In this document: in pieces, positions 9,656 to 17,810 of the stretch
Layout: each line of letters begins with the position of its first letter
Position numbering within the stretch: position 1 is the stretch's first letter
Assembly (NCBI GenBank): GCA_046595475.1
Contig: JBKJOQ010000059.1
Length of the DNA: 24,000 bases
DNA from: Rhizobacter sp.
Lineage (GTDB): Bacteria; Pseudomonadota; Gammaproteobacteria; Burkholderiales; Burkholderiaceae_C
Reading direction: 5' to 3' (one strand)
The notes under the pieces: generated by a model
Database searches by the model: none
The model's input: the letters and a program-made list of their open reading frames with translations, nothing else
What the model was told of the DNA's origin: nothing
Translations under genes and position numbers: made by a program

Positions 9656-10120
9656 GTGCGTGCCTTTTTCCCCCTGTTGCTGCTGGTACCGATGCTGGCC
9701 TGCGCCAACCCGGTGGCCTTGAGCGACGAAGAACTGTCTGGCGTCTGCGGTCAAGACGGCATCGGCCTGGCCATACACCTGGAACTGAATTCGGCGCTGA
9801 TCGCAAGCGGCGTCTTGAACAGCAGCCTCACCGCCGGCTTCAAGGTCAACGGAACGACCACCTATGCCGTGGTGCAAAACCTCGGCGGTGTGCTCGACCT
9901 GATCGGCCTCACGCTCAACATCCACACCCGCAGCGACGGCGGCGGCGATTACATCGACCTGGGGCTGCCCAGCTTCGTTGGCTTCAAGCAGTTCGGGTTT
10001 CGCGCCCTGGGCGCGCAGACCGACCCCAGCGCCGCGATTGCACCGAGCGGCAGCTACGGCCAGGTGCTTCTCAACGGCACGGGCACGATGACCGGCCACC
10101 TCTTGATCTGGGCGCAATAG
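9656..10120 (+). CDS. Exported tag-motif protein P4
   Basis: 154 aa (GTG start); signal peptide MRAFFPLLLLVPMLACA then LSDEELSGVCGQDG; starts 1 bp after P3 stop. Confidence 0.83.
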   Translation: MRAFFPLLLLVPMLACANPVALSDEELSGVCGQDGIGLAIHLELNSALIASGVLNSSLTAGFKVNGTTTYAVVQNLGGVLDLIGLTLNIHTRSDGGGDYIDLGLPSFVGFKQFGFRALGAQTDPSAAIAPSGSYGQVLLNGTGTMTGHLLIWAQ

Positions 10121-10138
10121 CGCCGACTAAGGCACAGC

Positions 10139-10903
10139 ATGTGGATGATCCTGCTCGGCGTGGCCGCCGTGTTGATCAGCGGTGCGGGCATCAGCTCGCA
10201 AACACCGCCTCAACCGCAACCCAAAGACAAGTTCGAGCTGCCGATGGCACGCGTGGGCGGCGGCCCCGCGCCCGACACCGTGGCCATCGTTCCGTACTCG
10301 GAATTCAAGTACCAGAACATCGTTCGCCAAGCCTACGACTACAGCTGCGGCTCGGCCGCGCTGGTGACCGTGATGAAAAGCTACCTCGGCGTTCAAGTCT
10401 CCGAGGAGCAGGCCATGGAAGGCATGCTGGCCCACGGTGAGCGCGAGAACATCGTGACGCGGCGCGGCTTCTCGCTGCTCGACATGAAGCGCTACCTCGC
10501 CACGCTGGAGATCAGCTCAGCGGGCTTTCGCGCCGAGATGTCCGACCTGGCCACGCTGAAGGAGCCCGGCATCGTGCCGATCGAGTACGCCGGCTTCAAG
10601 CACTTCGTCGTGTTCCGCGGCCTGCGCGACGGGCGCGTGTACCTGGCCGATCCGTCCATGGGCCACATCACCTTCCCGGCGGAAGAGTTCGCCAAGCTGT
10701 GGGACCGCAACACCCTGTTCGTGCTGTACCCGGCCAAGAACAACCCCGTCACCCTCAGCAAGCTTGCGCTGACCGACCGCGAGCTGGGTGTGATCGACGG
10801 CGACCTGGTTCGCACTGAAGCCATCTTCCCCCAACTCGACCGGACCGAAGCCCTGCGCAGCGCAGTGCAATCGGGGCTCGGCACCTTCAACTTGCGAAAA
10901 TGA
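10139..10903 (+). CDS. Exported C39-like family cysteine peptidase (FilB-like)
   Basis: 254 aa; N-terminal hydrophobic export segment; Q64-x5-C70-G (RQAYDYSCGSAA), H155 (YAGFKHFVVFRG), D171 (VYLADPSMG) in C39 spacing. Confidence 0.88.
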   Translation: MWMILLGVAAVLISGAGISSQTPPQPQPKDKFELPMARVGGGPAPDTVAIVPYSEFKYQNIVRQAYDYSCGSAALVTVMKSYLGVQVSEEQAMEGMLAHGERENIVTRRGFSLLDMKRYLATLEISSAGFRAEMSDLATLKEPGIVPIEYAGFKHFVVFRGLRDGRVYLADPSMGHITFPAEEFAKLWDRNTLFVLYPAKNNPVTLSKLALTDRELGVIDGDLVRTEAIFPQLDRTEALRSAVQSGLGTFNLRK

Positions 10904-11949
10904 AAGCAGCCCTCTTCATCCCCCTCCTGCTGCTCTGCAGCGCGGTCACCGCCCAGACCACCGCTCCCGCACCAGACACGCCAGCCGCGCCGGCCACGCC
11001 TGCCTCGGCCCCCGCCACAGCCGACGCCGCACGCGGCGCCCTCGCCAAGAAAGAAGGCGACTTCGACCAGGCCAAGCTGCTGAAAGAAACGCTCACCGCC
11101 TCCGACAAGCAGTACTCACTGCTCAAGACGGGCAAATACGCCGTCACCTACGACCTCACCTACTCGTACATCGGCCAGCAGCAGATCCAGGCCGCGTTTA
11201 CCGACTCGCTGCTCACGCTGTTCGACATCCAGAACACGCGCTCGCACACCGTCACCAACACCGTGTCGACCGACTACGGTGTGAAAGACAACTTCACTGC
11301 GAACGTGACGCTGCCCTTCGTGAGCAAGTATTCGCAGTCCGAGGCCTTCACCGGCTTGTCCAGCGCGTTTGGCGACATCTCAATCGGCGCGCGCTTCCAG
11401 CCCTTCTCGCTCAGGCGCGATCTGCCCACGTTCACCGTCACCGGCGGGCTGCGCCTGCCCACCGGCCGCAGCCCCTTCAAGACCATCGACGGCCAGGGCC
11501 TGGCCACCGGCGCCGGCTACACCTCGGCCACGGTGGGCATGAACGTGTCGCAGGTGGTCGACCCCGTCGCGCTGTTCGGCTCGCTCAACCTCACGCTCGG
11601 CAAGAGCGCCAAAGGCCTGAGCCAAACGCGTGCCGGCAAAACCCTGACCGAAGTGCACCCCGGTGACAGCATCGGCTTCGGCTTCGGCATGGCCTACGCC
11701 ATGTCGTACAACATCTCGACCACGGTGGCGTTCCAGGAGTCGGTCTCCGCACGCAGCCGGCTCTTCCTGCGCGACAGCAATGGCGTGGACTCTGACGTCA
11801 AGACCGCCCCGCAGACCTCGGCCATGCTCAACCTGGGTCTGGGCGTGCGGGTCTCGCCTCTCACCACGATCAACTTCACCGTGGGCATAGGCCTGAGCAA
11901 CGACAGCCCCGACTTCACCCTCGGCATGAACATGCCGCTGCATTTCTGA
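10900..11949 (+). CDS. Outer-membrane beta-barrel candidate (FilC-like)
   Basis: 349 aa; signal peptide, Ala/Pro-rich linker, alternating amphipathic beta strands, C-terminal LGMNMPLHF ending in Phe; ATGA overlap with the C39 gene. Confidence 0.75.
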   Translation: MKAALFIPLLLLCSAVTAQTTAPAPDTPAAPATPASAPATADAARGALAKKEGDFDQAKLLKETLTASDKQYSLLKTGKYAVTYDLTYSYIGQQQIQAAFTDSLLTLFDIQNTRSHTVTNTVSTDYGVKDNFTANVTLPFVSKYSQSEAFTGLSSAFGDISIGARFQPFSLRRDLPTFTVTGGLRLPTGRSPFKTIDGQGLATGAGYTSATVGMNVSQVVDPVALFGSLNLTLGKSAKGLSQTRAGKTLTEVHPGDSIGFGFGMAYAMSYNISTTVAFQESVSARSRLFLRDSNGVDSDVKTAPQTSAMLNLGLGVRVSPLTTINFTVGIGLSNDSPDFTLGMNMPLHF

Positions 11950-11959
11950 GCGCAGCGCC

Positions 11960-13591
11960 GTGATCTCGAAAGCGCCTAGCCCGCGCGCGGGCCGCAGGGC
12001 CCTGGCGGCCTGCGCCGCGGCCGCCTCGGTCGTGGCGGCACTGCCGGCACGCGCCGCCTTCATCGAAACCATCGGCACGAGCCCGGTCGCCATGTCGCTC
12101 GGCAACGCTGTGACGGCCGACCCGCCCGGCCTCGACGCCATCCACTTCAACCCGGCCGGCCTGACGCACATCAAGGGCAACACGCGGCAAGACACCATCT
12201 TCGGCGCGTCGACCAAGCCTTACGCCCACTTCACGCAGCCCGCTGGCTTCGACATCGGAGGCTTTAAAGACGACCCGCTGGCCAACACCTCGACCGGCCC
12301 GGTGCGCCAGGCCATCTACCTGCCCATCGTCGGCCCGCCCAAGGCGCGCCTGCCCTTCGGGCTTGCCGCCGGCTTGGGCTTTGCTTACCACGAAGAAGGC
12401 TCGCCCTGGACCTTCGCCACCGCCACCTATCTGCCGCAAGCCGTGGGCTTTGACCGCAGCCGCGACCCGAACGACCCCGGCCGCTACGACGGGCGCCGTG
12501 TCGTGATCCAGCGCCTGGTCTACCTTTCGCCCTCGATCGGCTACAAGGCTTCGGACACCTTGAGCCTGGGCATTGCAGTGCCCATCGCGCACCAAGGCTT
12601 TGCGCTCAACACCGACATGCGCTTCCCCAACAAGCTGCTGGGCGTCATCGGCAAGCTGCAAGACGCCTGGTGCGGCGACAACAGCAACCCACTCGACGCG
12701 TTCGCCTTCGGCCTGTGCGACGGTGGCAACAAGGCCGGCCACCTGCGCCCGTTCGAAAAAGCCGGCAGCATGGAATTCGAGATGACCTCGCCCGCCGACC
12801 CGACGCTCAACCTCGGTGTGCTGTGGGAGCCCAAGAGTTGGTTTGGCATGGGTGCCGTGTACCAGTCGGGCTCCAAGACCGTACTCACCGGGCGCTACAG
12901 CTTTCAGTCGGAAGAGATGTTCCGCAGCTTCGTGCATGGCATGTACAGCAGCCTGCTCGGGCCAGTGGTGGCCTCGACCTTCGGCTTCCCGACCTCAATC
13001 CCGCCCATTCAAAGCGGCAACGCCACGCTGATCATGCCGCTGCCCGAGCACATTCAGGTGGGCATCAAGTTCAAGCCCTTCGAGCGCGTGCAGATCAACT
13101 TCGACGCCAACTGGACGCACTGGAAAGACTGGGACAAGCTCACCTTCCAGTTCGACCAGCCGGTGGCCCTGCTGGAGATGGCGCGCATTTTCGGCCAGAC
13201 CGATTCATCCCGACTCGTCATTCCGCGCGGCTACAAGAGCACCATCCACTACGGTGTGGGCCTGCAAGTGCGCGTGACCGATTCGCTCATGCTGCGCGCC
13301 GGCTACGAGCCGCGCAAGGCCTCGGTGACAAACTCGGTGCTGGACCTCATCGCCCCGCTACCCGACGTCACCATCAAGAGCCTCGGGGTCGGCATTCGAA
13401 CCCACGACGGCCTGCAAATCGACCTGGGCGCAAGCTACGCCAGCGGCAAGTTCAACATCCCTGCCGAGGGCAGCTGCAACTTGAATTGCAGCAACTTCTT
13501 CAACGCCGTTTACAACCCCTATGCCGGCCTCGACGTGAGCGGTGGCATCCGCATCCGCTACTACGGCATCACCCTGTCCAAGCCATTCTGA
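11960..13591 (+). CDS. OmpP1/FadL/TodX family outer-membrane transporter
   Basis: 543 aa (GTG start); ...AAFIETIGTSPVAMSLGNAVTADPPGLDAIHFNPAGLTHIKG typical FadL N-terminus; terminal Phe. Confidence 0.87.
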   Translation: MISKAPSPRAGRRALAACAAAASVVAALPARAAFIETIGTSPVAMSLGNAVTADPPGLDAIHFNPAGLTHIKGNTRQDTIFGASTKPYAHFTQPAGFDIGGFKDDPLANTSTGPVRQAIYLPIVGPPKARLPFGLAAGLGFAYHEEGSPWTFATATYLPQAVGFDRSRDPNDPGRYDGRRVVIQRLVYLSPSIGYKASDTLSLGIAVPIAHQGFALNTDMRFPNKLLGVIGKLQDAWCGDNSNPLDAFAFGLCDGGNKAGHLRPFEKAGSMEFEMTSPADPTLNLGVLWEPKSWFGMGAVYQSGSKTVLTGRYSFQSEEMFRSFVHGMYSSLLGPVVASTFGFPTSIPPIQSGNATLIMPLPEHIQVGIKFKPFERVQINFDANWTHWKDWDKLTFQFDQPVALLEMARIFGQTDSSRLVIPRGYKSTIHYGVGLQVRVTDSLMLRAGYEPRKASVTNSVLDLIAPLPDVTIKSLGVGIRTHDGLQIDLGASYASGKFNIPAEGSCNLNCSNFFNAVYNPYAGLDVSGGIRIRYYGITLSKPF

Positions 13592-13597
13592 TCTGCC

Positions 13598-14161
13598 ATG
13601 AAAACTCTGATCACACGCACCATGGTTCACGCCACCCTGGCCTTCACGCTGCTCGCCTGGGGCAACGCGGCCTTGGCGCAACAGGCCGCCACCGACGAAA
13701 AGCAAAAGCTGGTGCAGCGCGTGCTCACGCTGTGGCACATCGAAGACACCGCTGTGGTCATGGTGCAGCGGCCCGCGCTTGACGCCATGCAGCAGGCACG
13801 CATCGCTTTGCAAGGGCGCGTGGGCGCGGCCAAGCAAGAGGCCACGCTGAAAGACATCGCCACCGACCTGCAGAAATACATCGACGAAGCGACGCCCATC
13901 GTGAAAGAAAACGCCAAGCGCGTGAAGGCTCCCACGCTCACCCCGCTGCTGATGCAGAACTTCAATGAAGAAGAGCTGCGCCAGCTGATCGCTTTGCTCG
14001 AATCACCGGTGAAGAAGAAGTTCGAGCAGTTGGTGCCGCAATTTGAGCGTGCCTTCGGCGAGAAGGTCGCAGCCGATGCCCACGCCGCGATCGACCCCAA
14101 GCTGCAAGAGATGACCAAAGCGGTGGGCTTGAAGCTTCGCGCGGCTTCTATGACTCCTTGA
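13598..14161 (+). CDS. Exported DUF2059-like protein
   Basis: 187 aa; signal peptide; IVKENAKRVKAPTLTPLLMQNFNEEELRQLIALLESPVKKKFEQLVPQF resembles DUF2059 proteins. Confidence 0.7.
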   Translation: MKTLITRTMVHATLAFTLLAWGNAALAQQAATDEKQKLVQRVLTLWHIEDTAVVMVQRPALDAMQQARIALQGRVGAAKQEATLKDIATDLQKYIDEATPIVKENAKRVKAPTLTPLLMQNFNEEELRQLIALLESPVKKKFEQLVPQFERAFGEKVAADAHAAIDPKLQEMTKAVGLKLRAASMTP

Positions 14162-14197
14162 CGTAACCCATGACGTGACCCCATACGGTTCGTTCAG

Positions 14198-14259
14198 CTC
14201 CGTTCGGCCTGAGGTATCGAAGGCCAGCGCCGGGCTTCGATACCTCAGCCCGAACGGAG
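14198..14259. repeat. Long near-perfect inverted repeat (28-nt arms, 6-nt loop)
   Basis: CTCCGTTCGGCCTGAGGTATCGAAGGCC / GGGCTTCGATACCTCAGCCCGAACGGAG, two mismatched pairs. Confidence 0.9.
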
Positions 14260-14305
14260 ATGGGGGGCTGTTGGGCTTAGACGACCAGCCTTGTGACCTG
14301 ACCCT

Positions 14306-16036
14306 ATGACAACGATGCACCCCTTGCTGACCCAGCGCCTGCTGGCACTGCTGCTGGCAGCCCTGCTCACGGCCTGCGGCGGCGCCACCACGGGCGGCGT
14401 CTCGGCCACGCCCTCGGGCGCGGCGGCCTTGTCGCTCAGCCTAGCCGGCAGCGCGCACCCTGGGGTCGACCATGTGTGGGTAACGGTCAGCGCGGTTGCC
14501 CTGCACACCGACGCTGACCGCGCCTGGTCGCCCACCGACACCAGCTGGCAGGTGATGCCGCTGGCGCAGCCGCTCACGATCGACATCGCCTCGCTGACCA
14601 ACGGCGTCATCGCCTCGCTCTTCAGCGGCAAAGCCCTGGCGCCTGCCACCTACACGCAGCTGCGGCTGTTCGTGCTGGCACACGACGACACACTGGCCGC
14701 GTCGGCCAAAAACCTGAGCCTGCTCTACAACGCGCAAGTCAGCAGCACCGACAGCGCAGGCACCGTGCACCAGCTGCCGCTAGAAATGCCCGGCACCAGC
14801 CTGGGCCTGCGCGTGGGTTTGGGCGTGGACGCAGGTGTGGGCGACCCGATCACGGCGATCGCCAGCACGCTCAGCAGCATCACGCTGCAGTGGGATCTGG
14901 AACACAGCCTGGTTCATTTCACCGCCGACGATGGGGTGGACCGCTACACCCTGCGCCCCGACCTGCGGGCCTTTGACCTGGCCCGCACGGGCGCCATCGT
15001 CGGCTTGATCGACAAATCGCTGCTGTGCAGCGCCGGCACACGCAACGGCTGCATAGACAACATCGTGATCACCGCCCAGCTGCCAGCCAGCGATGGCAGC
15101 GCCAACGTGAGCGTGCGTTCCACACCCGTGACCGTGGGCGCGAGCTATGCCCTCTTTGCGCTGTACCCACTGCCGGCGTCGCCCACCGGCCAGTTCGACG
15201 TGGTGATCCGCGGGCGCAACATGCAGACCATGGTGGTGCGCCATGTGCCGGCAAGCACCGCCGACCTGCTGGCCACGGCGCCCACGCAGCTCGGCGCCAA
15301 CCCGGGCGACCCCGCCCATCCCATTCCGATGCTCCCCGTGCTGAGTGCGCAAGGCGATGCTCAGGCCAGCCTCTCAAGCGCGCTGTCGCCGCACAGCGCT
15401 CAGCTGGTGTTCGGCCAGACGCTAGCGGGGACGGGTGAGCTGCCCTACGAAGTGGTGATTGCCAACACCGACCCCTTCACTGGCTTGCTCGCGCAGCCCG
15501 TGGCATTGCCCAGCGGCCCGCTGCGCGTGGCGACCTATTCGGCCGACGCGGTGCTCAGCTTCAGCGACGTGACACCGCAAGAAGGACCAGACCGCTACAC
15601 GCTGCGCGCCCACGGGACGCGCTACGACGACCCAGGTGCGCCCAGCAGCGTGTTGGCTACGGGTGGCAGCAATTTCAGCGTGGCTGCGGCCAGCCCACAA
15701 CGCAAAAACACCCTGGGTCTCGCAACGCTAACGCTCAGCGTGAGCGGCGGCTCAACGCAGCGTTTCGACGCAGCGCAAGTGCTGGTGACCGACGTGGCAG
15801 GCATCGTGAGCACGCAAGACATCTCGGCGCTCATCGGCCAGAGCGGTGCGCAGGTCTCGCTGCCGTTGCCCGCAGGCGCGATTGCCGCCGCGCTCGGCGG
15901 CACGGCGGTCTACACCGTGGAAGTGCGCGCCTGGCAACGCGCCACACCCGCGCAGAGCCTGCAGTGGGTGCGCGTGCCAGCGCCGCTTGACCTGCGCAAC
16001 ACCAGCTCGGCCAGCGTGGCCATCACGCTGCCATAG
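14306..16036 (+). CDS. DUF4382-like lipoprotein (FilF-like position)
   Basis: 576 aa; lipobox LLTAC-GG; LSLAGSAHPGVDHVWVTVSAVALHTD...YTQLRLFVLAHDDTL resembles DUF4382. Alternative ATG at 14315. Confidence 0.78.
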   Translation: MTTMHPLLTQRLLALLLAALLTACGGATTGGVSATPSGAAALSLSLAGSAHPGVDHVWVTVSAVALHTDADRAWSPTDTSWQVMPLAQPLTIDIASLTNGVIASLFSGKALAPATYTQLRLFVLAHDDTLAASAKNLSLLYNAQVSSTDSAGTVHQLPLEMPGTSLGLRVGLGVDAGVGDPITAIASTLSSITLQWDLEHSLVHFTADDGVDRYTLRPDLRAFDLARTGAIVGLIDKSLLCSAGTRNGCIDNIVITAQLPASDGSANVSVRSTPVTVGASYALFALYPLPASPTGQFDVVIRGRNMQTMVVRHVPASTADLLATAPTQLGANPGDPAHPIPMLPVLSAQGDAQASLSSALSPHSAQLVFGQTLAGTGELPYEVVIANTDPFTGLLAQPVALPSGPLRVATYSADAVLSFSDVTPQEGPDRYTLRAHGTRYDDPGAPSSVLATGGSNFSVAAASPQRKNTLGLATLTLSVSGGSTQRFDAAQVLVTDVAGIVSTQDISALIGQSGAQVSLPLPAGAIAAALGGTAVYTVEVRAWQRATPAQSLQWVRVPAPLDLRNTSSASVAITLP

Positions 16037-16078
16037 GCCGAGGAAGCATGGGGCTCAATGCCCGGGTTCGGCCTTTTT
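16035..16078 (+). terminator. Rho-independent terminator of the DUF4382-like gene, overlapping the 3' end of convergent P5
   Basis: AGGCCGA...TCGGCCT outer stem, GGGC-TCAAT-GCCC inner stem, then TTTT. Confidence 0.65.
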
Positions 16079-16465
16079 GGGCGGCGGCACCATCAAAAAT
16101 GGAAACGGCAAGGCCAGCATAGGCAGAAAGAGCGTGTCCAGCGGCAGGGAGACGGTGGCCGCCGATGCGCTTTGCACCAGGCCCACCGAACCGAGCGTGG
16201 TCACGGCGGCGAACTTGTATTGCGCCAGGGCTTGCTGGCGATCGAAGTGAGCCCAGTCCATCCAAGGTGAAGCAGCGGGCGCGGTGTCGGCACTGCCCAG
16301 CAGAATGTTGCGCAGCAGCGGGTCGCTCAGGCCGGCGGCGTGCACGGCCGACAGTTCGCTGTCAGCCAGCAGGCGCCCGGGGCTTTCCATCGCCTGGCTG
16401 GCCACGGTGATCAAGGCGAGCAAGGGCGCGGCCAGGCTCCGCACAAGAACGCGGGTGTTTTTCAT
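16055..16465 (-). CDS. Exported tag-motif protein P5 (divergent family member)
   Basis: 136 aa; signal-like N-terminus MKNTRVLVRSLAAPLLALITVASQA then LLADSELSAVHAAG. Confidence 0.75.
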   Translation of the reverse strand: MKNTRVLVRSLAAPLLALITVASQAMESPGRLLADSELSAVHAAGLSDPLLRNILLGSADTAPAASPWMDWAHFDRQQALAQYKFAAVTTLGSVGLVQSASAATVSLPLDTLFLPMLALPFPFLMVPPPKKAEPGH

Positions 16466-16611
16466 CGGTCTCTCCAGCGCGAGGCCGATCAACACCAGAA
16501 CGCATTTCGCGCCAGGCGTCGGCCTCTTGCCGGATGTATCGACCGGTGCGACGGCGACTTGAGCGCGCCGATGCGCGCTTGTTCACGGCGTCTTGCACCA
16601 CCCGCGATGTT

Positions 16612-17739
16612 TCAGCGCATGAAGCTCAGGCGCGGGCCGATGATCGTCGTCTCGACGAAGTTGGTGCCGTGGTGGTTGCTGGGGCTGAAGGCGAGGTTCA
16701 CGCCGCCGTAGTCCCAGCCCTGGCGGCTCTCGATGGTGCGCACCAGGTTCTCGGAAGTGACGTTCCTGCCGCAACGGTCCAGGGCCTCCATCAGGAAATG
16801 CGCCAGCAAGTAGCCGCCATAGGTGTCGTACGCCACTTTCTGGCCGGTGCGGCTGCACTCCTGCCCGAACTCGCGCGCTGTTGCAGTGGTTTGGCGCCAC
16901 GGGTAGGGGCAGACCTGCGTCATGGCCAGGCCACGGGCGTCTTCCCCCAGCACCGGCAGCGCGCCCACCGCGGTGGAGATGGTGTACAGCGGCGCGTTGA
17001 CGAAGGCGCGGTTGGCCTTGACGTAGCCCACCACCGACGGGCCCACGGCGATCATCAGCACCGCCTGCGGCCGCACGGTGGCAATGGTTTGCGCCGCCGC
17101 CGCGGCATCTGCGCCATCCAGACCCAGGGCGGCCGAGCCGACCAGGGTTGCGCCCTGCTCCTTGATGGCCTGCTCGGCCACTGGCAGCATGAATTTGCCG
17201 AAGTCGTTGTTCTGGTAGACCACGGCGATGCGCGTGCGCGCCAGTGTCACCAGGTTGCGCACCGAGTAGGCGATCTCGTCTTTGAAGCTCGCCTGCGTGG
17301 TGAAGAAGTAAGGGTGGTGCTTCATGCGCAGGTTGGGTGCGCCGGTGTACACGCCCACCAGCGGTACCTTTTTCTCCAACAGCATTGGCAGGCTGGCACC
17401 CACGCCCGCAGTGCTGCCCAGGCCGGTGAGTGCAACCACCTTGTCGCGCTCGATCAGCAAGCCCACGTTCTCCACCGTGCGGCGCGTGTCATAGGCGTCG
17501 TCCAGCAGAATCAGCTCGACCTTGCGGCCGTTGACCCCACCCTTGCGGTTGACCTGCTCAATCGCCAACTTTTCGCCGGCCAGCACACCGGCAAAGGCAG
17601 CCGCCAAGGGGCCGGTGAGCGGTGCACTCTGCCCGATGAGGATGGGCCCTTCCTTGGCCTGCGTTGTGTGCGCGGCGCCAACGCCGAGGGCGGCCACGGC
17701 AGTGCTCAGCACCTGGCGGCGGTTCAATCCGGTTGTCAT
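16612..17739 (-). CDS. ABC transporter substrate-binding protein (branched-chain amino acid/LivK type, periplasmic binding protein fold I)
   Basis: 375 aa; signal peptide then GPILIGQSAPLTGPLAAAFAGVLAGEKLAIEQVNRKGGVNGRKVELILLDDAYD. Confidence 0.92.
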   Translation of the reverse strand: MTTGLNRRQVLSTAVAALGVGAAHTTQAKEGPILIGQSAPLTGPLAAAFAGVLAGEKLAIEQVNRKGGVNGRKVELILLDDAYDTRRTVENVGLLIERDKVVALTGLGSTAGVGASLPMLLEKKVPLVGVYTGAPNLRMKHHPYFFTTQASFKDEIAYSVRNLVTLARTRIAVVYQNNDFGKFMLPVAEQAIKEQGATLVGSAALGLDGADAAAAAQTIATVRPQAVLMIAVGPSVVGYVKANRAFVNAPLYTISTAVGALPVLGEDARGLAMTQVCPYPWRQTTATAREFGQECSRTGQKVAYDTYGGYLLAHFLMEALDRCGRNVTSENLVRTIESRQGWDYGGVNLAFSPSNHHGTNFVETTIIGPRLSFMR

Positions 17740-17761
17740 GTCTCATTTCCTCAAAGCGTTC

Positions 17762-17789
17762 AACGGCGGGAGCTGCGCGCCCCGCCGTT
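17762..17789. other. Perfect inverted repeat between the DUF2147-like and ABC binding-protein genes
   Basis: AACGGCGGG-AGCTGCGCGC-CCCGCCGTT; no strong poly-T on the minus strand. Confidence 0.6.
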
Positions 17790-17810
17790 ACCACAAGGCA
17801 TGCGGAAGGC

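Noticed and set aside
10139-10903. Bacteriocin/microcin biosynthesis as the explanation of the C39 gene
   Set aside because: There is no ABC exporter, immunity gene or small leader-peptide ORF; candidate substrates are Sec-exported proteins of 136-306 aa, which fits a surface or periplasmic role better.
11915-12937. 340-aa minus-strand ORF opposite the FadL-like gene
   Set aside because: Shadow ORF of a confident outer-membrane protein gene in high-GC DNA.
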